Shown here: in pieces, positions 36,176 through 48,104 of the stretch
Layout of the letters: each line of letters starts with the position of its first letter
Position numbering within the stretch: position 1 is the first letter of the stretch
Source: Wallemia ichthyophaga EXF-994
Lineage: Eukaryota; Fungi; Basidiomycota
NCBI RefSeq assembly: GCF_000400465.1
Contig: NW_008806284.1
Span: forward strand, 1-62,000
Reading direction: 5' to 3'
Length of the DNA: 62,000 nucleotides
Notes under the pieces: model-generated
What the model was told of the DNA's origin: nothing
The model's database searches: none
The model's input: the letters and a program-made list of their open reading frames with translations, nothing else
Program-made: the position numbers and the translations under genes

Positions 36176-38876
36176 TCAGAACCACCCCTTCATCCCCCAC
36201 TTCTTCTCCTTCTTGCGCTCAGCTTCGTGCTGCTTAGCCATGACTTTATCAATTTCCTTCTGCTCTTTCCTGAGTTTCTTGTCGTCTTTCTTCTCAGATT
36301 TCTTGTCTTTATCTTTCTTCTCAGGCTGTCTCGCCTTATCCTTGTTTATATCGTCGACTGGGGTGGGTGGAAGTGCAGGCTTAACTTCATCACTCCAATA
36401 CTTGCGATCGTAACCCTGTTGGAGGTTAGCCAAGTAGCGATGTTGTGCCTGTTCAGGGGAGAGATCAGGAGTCTCCTGTCTATTTTTATCCGAGAGTTGC
36501 GAGTGCGGGTCGTGCATATATCGGTCAGGTTTATTTAAGGCGGTGGAAGTACCCGCGAATGTCTTCTGCGCGTCATTGGCAGTAGCTAACGACGACGCAC
36601 CCTCTCCATACACATACCCCGTGTCGAGATTGCGCACGTTGTCGAGGAAGCGTGTTGGGGTTAGTATGTCGGTAGATCCTGTGTGAGTGTGAGTGTGTAT
36701 TCAAGTGCTATTACGCATTATGCATTGTGCACTTTGCACTCTGCACACCGCTCTCTCTTCACCCACCTATCAATACATCCCGCTGGTGTGTTTCACAAAC
36801 CTCATAAACACTCTGCACCTCGCTATATGTCATACCACCACAGACGTAAACGAGAATTTTGTTGCGGGTTTGTTGTGTGTTTTGTGTTGGGGTAAGACCG
36901 CGGGTTGATCCACCATTTCCATTCACGCTGGCGTTGGCATTCGTATTGCCTTCCACACTACCACTCCCGCCCCCTCCACTCACGTAGGACGCACTACGCG
37001 AGGCAGATGCCCAGGTCGCGCGAGCTGAGCGCAGGCTGCCTTGGGAGGGCGCTGGTGTGGTTGAGAGTGAGGAGGGAGATGAAGAGCTAGTAGCGGGGTG
37101 GGATTGAGAGTGAGGAGCGTTGCGAGGCCGTGAGTGAGAATTTGAGGAGCGTAGACTGAGGTTGCTGCTGCCACTGCCATTACCAGAAGGTGGTTTAAGA
37201 GAGTCTCCTGACGCATCAGCACCACCACCCTCCTCCACCCCATCCAGCCTGCTAAAGACACCCGTGTCGAGCTTGCCGTGTATTAGATCGGTGAGGGTGG
37301 TTTTGAGTGCGGGGATATATCTGCTCGTATCGTACGCATCGTCGTCCGACTTGCCCTTGTATTTGTATCGCCTGAATGCTTGCTGCTCGCTATCATTTTT
37401 GTTGACGCGCACACCTATATAGACAAGGTTATCGATGGCTTTGTGGTCATTTGGAGCCAACCGAGCATGCTGGTAGAGCCTCCTCTTATCCTCATCGCTG
37501 ACGCCATCTTTGAAGAGAATGTAGAGAGCAATGATGCGAATTTTGTCGCGGTTGAGGAGAGTGGGGTGGTCGAGGAGAGGTACCATCTGTTCTATGAGAT
37601 GGCGAGGTGTGCGATTATCGGCGGTTAGACCAGTCGCGCAGCATTGCTCGACGTCTGAGACTTGCATGAGGTTGCGATTGTTCACCTCACCCATAAGCTG
37701 GTCGGAGAGAGTGGTGTGGATGTACGCCTTGTCTTTTATGTCGGCGTGATCTGTCAACCCAGCTAACATACCCCTCAGACCATCCAAACCACTTGCATTC
37801 TTTAGGTCCTGATCTGCTCTTTCTGCCTGACGGGCTAACTCACCCACTTTGTCAATAGCATCTTTTAGGTGAAGGTGACGGATATCACACCAGATAGAGT
37901 CAGAGTAGTCGGATAAGGGGTGTTGCTTGGTGAGACCTTGTGATTGGCTGGATTTGTAGGAGAAAATGGGTGGAATAGAACAAGAGTCAAGGGAGCGTTG
38001 TGTGAGCAGATCGTTTGTGAGGGATTGGTAGGAGAAGTTATGGAGAAGGGGGAGCGCGAGGTCTAGAGTACGATCAGTGATGAGGAGGGTAGGGTTGGTT
38101 GCTGAGTTAGCCAGACCAAAGTCGTGGTTGTCGCGCTTGATCTGGGTTAGTTGTTTGGACAGAGCCACAGCAACTCTTCTCGCCACGCCAGAACCCTTTT
38201 GAGAGGAAGAGAAGGAGGATTTCCAAGAGGATTTCTTTGGGATTGGAGGGGAAGGGTTTGAGTTGAGGTAGTTGCCCGTTGAGGTAACTGGAGTTGCATA
38301 GGTGCCAACACCGTTGATAGAATTCTGGTATAAGATGATTGGGTGGATGTTTAGAGCGAGTAGGATATTCTCAAGGGATTTAACAGTTAGGGCCACTTGT
38401 AATTCACTTGAAGGGTAGTTGGTTGGTTGTGAGTAGTAACTGTGAAATGCACTGGGTTGATTTGTAGAGAAAGCCCGTGATTCAACTATAGTGTAGTTCA
38501 AAGGGATTTCCTTGAGAGTTACTAGCTTTGGTATAACACCACTGTTGATTATTTTAAATTCAAGTGATTTTGAAAGGGAGTCAAGGAGGTATAAGTGATT
38601 CTGATATGGTGATTGGGAGATGCACCTAATGACCCTATCAATTGAATGGGTTGTTGGGAGAATAAAGAATATTTTATCGAATCCATTTTCATTGTAATTG
38701 TTAACGATATCTTCCAATAATACTATTTGAGTGATTGATAGTTGTAATATCTCACTTAAAGGCATTATACTTAGTAAAATATCTCTGCTTGGAATATCAC
38801 ATATCAACTCCCTCCATCCACTCCCCTTCAAAACCCTCACAACCATCTCCTTTTTTATTTCGTTCAAGTTGGTCAT
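36176..38876 (-). CDS. SEC1: Sec1/Munc18 (SM) family exocytic protein
   Basis: LLITDRTLDL..PLLHNFSYQ, W..IRHLH, DKIRIIALYIL.KDG and VYVCGGMTYSE. An intron joins DVLIG to STDILTPTRFLD, so ORF 36176..36637 is the last exon. Confidence 0.93.
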
Positions 38877-38893
38877 CGTTGTTATAAACCACC

Positions 38894-40913
38894 ATGAGTA
38901 ATTCTAATTTACCAGATTTCTTTAAATCAAATTCAAAACCCAATAATAACTTTAAATCAATTTGGAATAATAACGACGCTTTACCCACACTTTCCTTTAC
39001 AGATTCTTTGAATTCTTTTAACCAATTGGATTTGAATGGCACTAATAATGTCATTGACAATAATAATGTCATTGATACTGGTACTGTCATTAACACTGGT
39101 ACTGCCATTGATAATCCCACTCCCTCTCACTCCCTCAACGCTACTCCTCAGCTTCATCAGATACATCCACAGCCATACAATCCCACCCACACTCACCCAC
39201 AGATGCACTCACAAACACCCCCTACAATTCCTCCCACTCTCCCCACTCCCCCCTCCACCGATCAAATCATCCGCCACCAAGAACTACAGGACCTCAAAAG
39301 ACGCAGAAAAGCTATAAAAATTAGCTCCATGTCCAATTACAATCACTTAATGACCCCCTCCGACAAATCTTACATCCTGAGAATTCAACTCAGCTCACTA
39401 GCAACCGCTGACCCCTACACCGACGACTTTTACGCTCAAATCTACTCAATTCTTATGCGTAAGAATCAAGGTGTTCTCAACGTTGGTGGTATGGCTCTCT
39501 CCGTCGCTGCTGGCTCTACCCACTCCGGCATCGGCATCGGCGCTGCTAAAAAGTTACGCGATCAAATCGATAAAATTGTCAGATCAAAGAGGCAGAATCA
39601 GCTAGACGATAAAAACAATCTCAACCAAGAAAACTCCCTCGTCGGCGCTCTAGGCACATCCACTAAAACTAATTCCAGAGCCCCAAGACAGGTACTTCAA
39701 ATCGATTCTGACATTTCCTCCGAGTCAACAAAGGCTTCCGCAATAGATGTCCTCTCCTCCCTTCAGAAAGGTTACCCCATCTCTTCCAACTCGTCAAACT
39801 CCCCTCAACCCCCACTCACACGTCGTCAGTGTCTGATGGCTTCTGAGAAGCTGTACGATCATGTACTCGCTCTTGAAAGTCTTGCCAGGTCTAAACCGAA
39901 TGAGTCACCCACTGAGCAAGTCAATGAAGAAGATCATGTACAATCCACCCAAGCCTGGCAATCACAATACGCCAACCACATTGACGCTGTGTGGAAGGGG
40001 TTGAGAGTGATGGAGCCGCTCGAACTATCCAATCCTCATCCCTTCATCTCCTTAATCGCCCTCCCCAAAACATCCAAGCTCCTCCCCAGAGCAACTCGAC
40101 ACCTCGACCACCAACAAATCCTCACTATCAACACTCTCATCATTGCGTGTTTCTCCCAACTCCTCTCTCTCCAAGATAGCTGTGGTAGTTTTGTCGAAGC
40201 TTTCTTGAGTGGTGTGGTGCCGCAATTTATGAGTATGATTGCTGGCGTTAGTTTGCGCCTGGTGGCTGGAATGCTTGCGTTGTTTGTTGAGCGCAACGAT
40301 GTCGTAACTGTGGCGCAGTCTAAGGTGTGCATTTGGCATTTCAGCTTCTCGCTTCATCTCATTCTAACATAACCCTCCACAGCCCGGTCTAGCCTTCCTC
40401 ACCATCCTACTCAGCAGAGCTGAGATACTCAAGCAGATCCCGCTTGGTGTCGAGCAGGCACCTGCGCCTGAAGAGACAGCTCAATGGTGGGTATACCCTT
40501 AGATTAGCGCTCAGCCAAACTAACACTCCTCTCACTCACACAGGGACCAGATCTTCTCCCTCTTCTTGCACAAACTCCTCACTCACCTCCCCCACCTCTT
40601 CCCTTCGCAGCGCGAGAAAGCTGCGCGCGGGTTTGGTGGAGTGCCTGGTGTGCCCGCCGTTGACACCCACACCACCACTCTCCTCCTCGACAACGACGAT
40701 GAGAGCGTGTGGCGCTTCCTCGCGGCTATTGCACTCAACAGCGATAACATCCAGCAATCTTCCCTCGTGCAAGACGTGCGTGATGTCGTCCATGAAAACG
40801 TAGTCTCGGCTCAACAAGCTTGGGTACCTGCGCAGAGTGCTCATAAGAGGATAAGCAACGTTAACGTCTTTTTGCATGCCCTCGGCTTGGATGTCAGTCA
40901 GTTGGGTGTATAG
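38894..40913 (+). CDS. PAT1: mRNA decapping activator Pat1
   Basis: LMTPSDKSYILRIQL..DPYTDDFYAQIY, GALG, RAPRQVLQI, HPFISLI..PK..KLLPR..RHL and WRFLAAIAL. Two introns. Confidence 0.88.
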
Positions 40914-41390
40914 GGTCTGTAAACGGTTATTTGTAGTTTGTGCAATGTGCCTTGCCATCGTTGCTCACTGCTAATATATTACAATGAATATTTATCATTT
41001 AAGTCATTATTTATCTTCCTTTACCTCCTGACACACGTTTCTGGAACACGCCATGTCTCATAATTTCATCCTTCCGTTGGAAAGTTGCATAAATTGCTTG
41101 AATTGCTTGAATTGAAACAAGAATCTGTTTCCTTATCGAGATTGCTAAAACTAAGATGAAAGATGACCAAGCCACATTCGGATGGAAGTACGTCCATTGA
41201 CCAGTAGCGCACACTCTCTACAAGCCCCGACATTAGTCAAGAAACATTATCTGTAATTCTGCACCTCTTTAAAATCTTTGCACTTTAAGAAGTTTTGATG
41301 GACGCAGTTTAAATGTCTTAACATTAAATTCAGATTTCATCAACACATTCGTTTACAAGATAGTTTACATCGTTTATCTACATGACTAAG

Positions 41391-41975
41391 CTACATCGTC
41401 ATATCGATAATACGACTAAATAAGTATTTTGTTTGCTTTGGTGGGCGGCTCGAGAAACGGTAGTTGCAGTAATCAATGCTCTTACCCCACAACTCTTCCT
41501 TGCTAGAACCAATTGACTGAAACTTTTCCACCATTTGAGGGTAGTTGTATGCTGGAGATCCTATTACAACTAGCCCACCCAGCTCCAGCGTGACTTGTTG
41601 TGAGTGTACTTCATAATCTCTTAACGGTTTTCGTGAAAGCTTGATGATCTCGAGAGCATCATTTAAGAATTTTATAGCATTCAGGAAGAGGAATCTCATG
41701 GACAGATAACGACCTGGATGCAGTTGCTGTGTGAAACAAACAGTCACGCCAATAGTATTCTAAATGGTTTGTTAATTGCTTTTGAAGGATGCTATGCGAA
41801 TCACTTTTAACGAATCAGGACCGTCAACCTGTGGACGGATAACATCGTTTATGTACGCGTCTGTATCAAAGCTAACAGACTTCTCGTATGCATCCAGGCC
41901 AACGTCAAGTCTCATTTCATGCATTTTAATCTCATCGCTCACACGCGCGTGCACCGCTGAAATTTTTGACAGTAC
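41391..41975 (-). CDS. Probable cryptic spliced orphan gene (partial model)
   Basis: A 45-nt GT-AG intron (41760-41804) joins track ORFs 41772..41954 and 41391..41747 in frame, giving ~180 open codons. Both ends are unresolved. Confidence 0.4.
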
Positions 41976-43432
41976 TCCATGTCACTGCTGTTGCTATTGG
42001 GCTACTACTATTTAAGATATTCTCTATCCTTATTGTCAACGATGTTTGATTTAAACCTTGTCAGAACCTTTATCGATATCAGAATTACACACCTCTTGAG
42101 AGCATGCAGTCGACTAGCGAATCTCACAAAGGCTCTAACAACCTCCAATGCCTCTCGAGGAGCGGCTTTAGACTATTTTAGAGGTTTGTCTTTATAAATT
42201 CTGTTTTCAAATAGTTTCATTTTGTGGCTCTGGACAACATTGTGAAACATTGAACAACTTTTAAACAGTGCACAAAATGGATCTCATGTCAGATAATAAT
42301 AAAAAACAATGTGAAACTACGGCCTATATTGTATTTACTTAGGCATTTTAATTTACATAATTACACCTCAAACGTATGAACGACATTCAGCACGCTCAAA
42401 TGAAATCAAAGCCGATGATGAATTGTGCTACAGGTGAATCAGCGAAAGCTGTAAAAACAATTCATTAGTCACGTGTTGTCGAATATATGTCATTCTTTCG
42501 CTCACTCATTGAACTGCTTGTGTACACGCAATCAGAGTGTGCGAATGCAGCGCCCTGTAGAAAAGAAAGTTCCACGTGTTTCTAACATGAATTTCTTTTG
42601 CTAGATGAGAGAGAAAGTGAAATGGTAGGTCTTCTTAGTTACAGCTCACACTTAGCTCTGTGAACGCTACGAAACAGAAAGCAAAACACGCGTCTGGAAA
42701 CTTAGCGTACTCCGGTGATTAAAAATTTAAAATTTGAAGCTTGGCGCTTTGTAATTTGACAGCAGAGGATGTTAACAGTACAATGGCGGCCTAGTGGCGG
42801 ACAATAAATCGGACTCCAAGTGGAGGTGAGTCCTAGATGATCGGTAATCCGACTACTTCAACTTCTGGCGCAGGCTAGTAATTAAATAGAAAAATCTGTA
42901 CCCAAAACATACACAAGCTCTTGTATATCTGTTGATAGAAGCCTGCGTAAACACCTTTGGCTAACGAAATGCTTGTTGATTAGGTCTCACAATTTAAGCA
43001 GGATAGTCAGCAAGAGATGTTTCAGAACCGCTGGCTGAAACACCTGCATGAAGGCTTTACACAAGCGAGGAATGTGTCCTGCTGGCCAAGAAGGCATCCA
43101 GGAAACCTGGATCTGCTATATACAGAATTTGTAATCGTGACGTTAAGACGTGCATAAAGGTAGCATGTACAGTCTACAGCGTGACACGTCCACTTTACTT
43201 ATACAGACCAGCTCAGCATGAGTCCCTTGCCCATTACATCGCTACGTATCAAGTTTTCATCAAACATTTTTCTTGTTATCCACAGTATCTCTAACAGCTG
43301 GGTAAATATGCTCTTTCCTTTCTTATCTCACTGCAAAAGATTTGGTATACGTTCTCGACCAGGTATATTATGTTTTGAATGTTACAAGAAAAATTTACGA
43401 TCGCCATCGTCGATATTTCCAACAATCAGCAC

Positions 43433-45258
43433 TCAACACTCAGACACAGATACCGGTATCTTCACCGACGTGGCCAGACCGGCGAGAGAAGTCTCCTTGA
43501 GCTGCGTACTCATCAGCGCGGCCGTCTCACGCATAGCATTGATGGCCATATCAAACGAGACAACGTGTTCGCCGTTGGTGGAGAGAGCTAGCTGAGCGGC
43601 ACTGATAGACTTGACGGCGCCGAGGTAGTTGCGCTCAATGCATGGCACCTGCACGAGACCGTGAGGAATATCGCCTGTGATGAGAGTTAAGAGTGAGCAA
43701 AATAAGACATTCACAAATTCCCTTTAAACTCACAAGTAAGGCCTAAGAAATGCTCTATTCCACACTCAGCCGCCTGGAGTATCTCCTTGGTGCTGCCTCC
43801 ATTGAGCGCCGCGAATCCTGCCGCCGCCATAGACGTAGCACTTCCGACCTCCCCCATGCACCCTGCCTCTGCGGCACTGATTGAAGCACCACGACGTATG
43901 AGCATGGCTATTGCTGCGCTGGTGAGGAGGAACTGTTGCATGTCGGTGTGTGCATCGTGGGATAGGAACTCCAGATAATATTTCAATACCGCCGGTATCA
44001 CACCAGCACTGCCCATAGTGGGGGATGTTACCAGTCGCGCCCCACATGCATTAGCCTCCATCACCGCTATCGAGTAACACATGAGGAAATCTATGGTTTT
44101 CACTTCGTTGTTCCGACGCGGCGGGATAGGGGGTAGGGGATGGGAAATGTTGCCGTGAATCTGTGGAGTGTTTTGCGCGTCTTGGCTGCTTCGCCTATAT
44201 AGCCCGCTCTGTAGCCTACTGTACAACATCTTCCCGCGCTTCTTCACCTTCATTGGGCCGGGCAAATACTCCTCGTTGGCGGATATCCCATTGAGGATGC
44301 TGTCGTCCATTGCGTGCCAGATAGTCGTTAGCTTTGCGTCAATCTCCTCGGGCGTGTACCACGTCAGCTCGTTGTTGTAGACTATCTGCGCAATGGTGAG
44401 GTTGTGCGTTGCGCACAGCTGGAGCAGTTCGTCACCCGTGTGGAAAGGGAAGGGGACTTCTTTGGGTGTGCCTGATGCGCTCGCACCATCCCCGCCCTCC
44501 TCTACCACCTGCACCTCGCGTCTCGACCTATCCACCTCATCCTTCTTGATCGCCTTGTAGAAGACATTCTCCGTGATCTCGGTGTTGTCGTGCACGACGA
44601 ACCCGCCGCCGATCGAGTAGAAGGTGTTAGTGGCGAGCAGATCACCCGACTCAGCGAAAACGCTAATCTGCATCGCGTTCGGATGGCGTGGGAGTGCCTC
44701 GTCCATCCGCCAGTTGATGTCCTTGTGTATATCGAAGGTGACCTTCTTTGTCTGAGAGTTCTCACTGCGCAGCTCAATCGCGCGCTCCTTCTCCACCTTC
44801 TCGAACTTGCCAGGAAGCGTGTTTACATCCATACTCATATCCTCTGGATCGAATCCCTGAAGCCCCCAGCAAATTGCCTTGTCGGTCATGTGCCCACCGC
44901 CAGTCAGGGCTAGCGAGCCATACAGCGTTATTTTCAGCGAGTGCACCTTAGATAGCACCCCGGAATCAGTTAAATCGTTCACGAATATACGCGCTGCGCG
45001 TAACGGTCCGCATGTGTGCGAGCTTGATGGTCCAATCCCAATTGAGAAGAGATCGAAAGTCGATATGACGGCGTGTTCTGTTTTGGGCGTGGTGGTTTGT
45101 GAGTCTGGTGGGTTGGTTGAGGTAGTTGTGCTGTCCGCAACGTCTGCCAGCCACCTCACACGCTGTGAAGCTACTGAAGAACGCAGTGGTTGTGCGCGTG
45201 GGCCCGGGATTTTCAGCATCCTTCCAGCCGCTAAGCTCCTTCTCATCAAAGTCATCAT
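43433..45258 (-). CDS. Iron-sulfur-dependent L-serine dehydratase (bacterial SdaA/SdaB/TdcG type) with a mitochondrial-type presequence
   Basis: [41 protein letters not shown], GCxGEVG, GLTC|D and VPCIERN. The three cluster Cys are present. One intron. Confidence 0.92.
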
Positions 45259-45437
45259 AGTTTTTATTCAAATCAACGCCCGCATTTTTTGCTCTAATCT
45301 CACTTTGCAATTCACCTGATAAGCATATCGCGCTAGCCCGCTATAGGCGAGTGGATACAGAAATAGAAATAACATCTCGAGCGACATGTACCATGCATTG
45401 AAATCTACCAAGTATTTAACTACTTTTACAAATAAAC

Positions 45438-46125
45438 TTACTTGGCAGAGATAATACCTGAGGAAAATTTGTCAGCTAGAGTGAAAAACTTCAAACAACC
45501 CAAACACACCATCAAAACGTTGCTTGAACCAAGCTTGAGCTTCCTCCTTCTTGACCTTGTGCTGGAAGCCAATCTTGTTGTTGCGAGACTTACGCTTAGC
45601 AACGCGGTAACCAGGGCGGGAGATGACGACGTAGAAGTCAGCACCGAAGATACCAATACCTGGGTCATACTTGATACCCAAATCGATGTGCTCGTCGACA
45701 CCGAAACCAAAGTTACCAGTTTCACTAAAGTTACCCTTCTTAAGCTCGTACTCCTTAACCTTAAGGCCACGCTCTAAGATTTCCTCAGCCTTTGGACCTC
45801 TAACGGTAACGTGGCAAGCGATCTTTTCGTTACGACGGATACCGAAGGTACGGACGGTGTAGCGTGCCTTTGAGGTGACTGGAGTTTGACCAGTGAGTTG
45901 CTCAAGGACCTTTGCTGCACGAGTGAGTCTGTCACCGGATTCACCAACGGAAATGTCTGCGAGTGCGCGTTAGCTGTGAGCGGTGTACGATAACGATTAT
46001 TTACTGATGACGAGCTTTTCAACGCGAAGCTCCTTCATTTGGTTGCTTGGTGCAGTTGACTCGGCCTGTTTGGATTATATTTGTCAGTCTACAGTTTTAT
46101 ACTGCGTTTCACTCCAATTCACCAT
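45438..46125 (-). CDS. RPL11: 60S ribosomal protein L11 (uL5)
   Basis: ATG-only first exon, then [11 protein letters not shown]|[36 protein letters not shown] and [10 protein letters not shown]. Three introns. Confidence 0.98.
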
Positions 46126-46423
46126 TTCGATTTTTAACGTCGCTGAGCTCGAGTTGCGATAGACGAAATTCTCAAGCAAACGAGCTGAAAAAATTACAAA
46201 TCTTATTTATCACTGGGGGTATAATATTCGGGGTGATAGATGGTCTATTAATGCGTGTATACCTTTCATTTCCCCCTTTCTCCAATTTTCAACGACTCGT
46301 AAAGTCTTCTCGACAGCCATTTCATCCGATTTGAACAGAACCTGTATTATAAATTACATTCATGTATTGTACAATTCATTGTCTTTGCAATCCCCCGCTG
46401 GTCTTATCCACAACCCAGGCTGC

Positions 46424-46940
46424 TCACTCACCCTCGCTCCCCCTCGAGGTTGACGGAATGAGGGAGAAGTTAGGCGCTGTGAGTCTATGCCTTGGTGGGG
46501 GCATTCTAGGACCATATGACTCTGGCAGCGGCGGCAGCGGACGCGAGTTAAGTGTCTGCGAGAGTTCAAGGAGGTACTATCAAATAAGTCAATCTCAACA
46601 CTCAAGTCGAAAACAACGTCCACTCACTTCCTTAGGTGGCGCGAGAGAGAATTGGTGGTTTGATTTCACAGATATCGCCATCTCAACATCACCAAGCTCA
46701 ACACCGCCATGACCATTCCTGCCGGCGTACTCTGCATAAACTAGCGAATCTGATAATATCTCGTGCGTGTACCCTATAATATGTTAGAGTTTCCTGTGGT
46801 ATTCGACTCGACCTCCACCCACTGTTGGAGAAGTCAAGCAACATATGGATCGTTGCTGGTGGTGCATCGTTTATCCCCTTGGATGCGAGCATAAGCGATA
46901 TCAGATGCGCTGTTCTTGGTGTTGGCTTGTTGTCCGCCAT
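46424..46940 (-). CDS. TAF9: TFIID/SAGA subunit Taf9 (histone fold)
   Basis: PRTAHLISLMLASKGI..LLDFSN|RYTHEILSDSLVYA, PPKE|YLLELSQTLN..PLP..G.R.PP.RHRLTAPNF. Confidence 0.9.
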
Positions 46941-47227
46941 TGGTGATGGTTTTGGAGAGGGATGACAAGGTCGTTAGTGAGCACTAGGAGAATCGCATTG
47001 CTTTCTCAAGAGTATTGCTATTATAATCATTCAACTTAAAAGCTACACCTGGTATTTAGCAGCTAGACACAAGATGCAATGGCAACTCATGCCTGAATGG
47101 CATAAACCCTACCTTGCCTGATGGATTTTACCGTGTGAGCATCCAGACAGTGGCTCTACCAACAGTAATCATTCTCGAAATTGTATAACTACGTAATCCC
47201 CGCTCTATCCATCGGCACACAACTTAG

Positions 47228-48034
47228 GAGGCTTTACTTGATCAAAGGTTTGCGCTACAGACATTACATCCGCGATTTACAATAGTTACTTTGTCAAAAA
47301 TTCGATTCACAAGTATAAATCCACTCGTCGCGATTTTTCTGTTGGTTTATGGTTAGTTGGGAGATTGAGTAGAGTGAATGTCGAAAACTGTCGAATCAAT
47401 CACAATATCGATTCTCATATCGAGTATAGTGACCTTTTATCCAACAACGCATCAATTCTCAGTTGTCTCAAATTTGCACATGTTTCTATTTCGTACGGAG
47501 TGGGCAGTATGAAAAGTCGCATAAATGAAATTTCCGCGTGTTTATACATCACTGTTCATATCTGTGAAGGCAAAATCATTCATGTTTACCGGTGAAAATC
47601 CGAGTTCGACACAACAACTCTTGTGAGTCTCCGAAACACATTGGGATTGTTGAGCTCGCTGTTGCAGCTTTGAAGCATGGAAAAGGGGCTAATCTCAACT
47701 CGCTCAAGACTGTAGGAGTTAGCCCTATAAATCATAAGAGCCCATGTAAACTAAATCAACTTGTATTTCTCAAAATAACATGGAGACATTGCTTGCAAGC
47801 TTTTCAAGAAATCAAATCTCATGACTTCAATGAAAGTTGTAAATTGCAGTAGATGACAAACAAAATATTTTCAAGCTGTTTACTCGAAATTAACAGAGAT
47901 GTTCATTACACACCGATGATGTCTTGATTTCAACTCGCAAAGCAGCTAATATTCTCAAGTTACTCCACAAAAGGAACGCCAAGTGGGGGAAGACATCATC
48001 GGAGGAGCAAAGATATCACACAAATAGCATCTGA
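47228..48034 (+). CDS. Possible cryptic multi-exon orphan gene (partial model)
   Basis: 44-nt (47313-47356) and 45-nt (47623-47667) GT-AG introns keep reading frames open. A last open segment ends at TGA 48032-34. Confidence 0.3.
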
Positions 48035-48104
48035 CGTGTGCTGTCTACATATAACGTATAGTATTTTGTATTTATGAAAATTGGTTTCTTACACTCAAAC
48101 GGTG

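Noticed and set aside
35912-36538. 208-aa hydrophobic plus-strand ORF
   Set aside because: Its Phe/Leu richness mirrors the Lys/Glu-rich SEC1 tail on the other strand, so it is not a real membrane protein.
36176-36637. 153-aa Lys-rich ORF as an independent gene
   Set aside because: An ~87-nt intron joins it to the SEC1 ORF and restores the SM-family motif IG-STDILTP..FL. It is the last SEC1 exon.
42415-42480. Possible box C (ATGATGA) of a C/D snoRNA
   Set aside because: No CTGA D box or terminal stem at a suitable distance.
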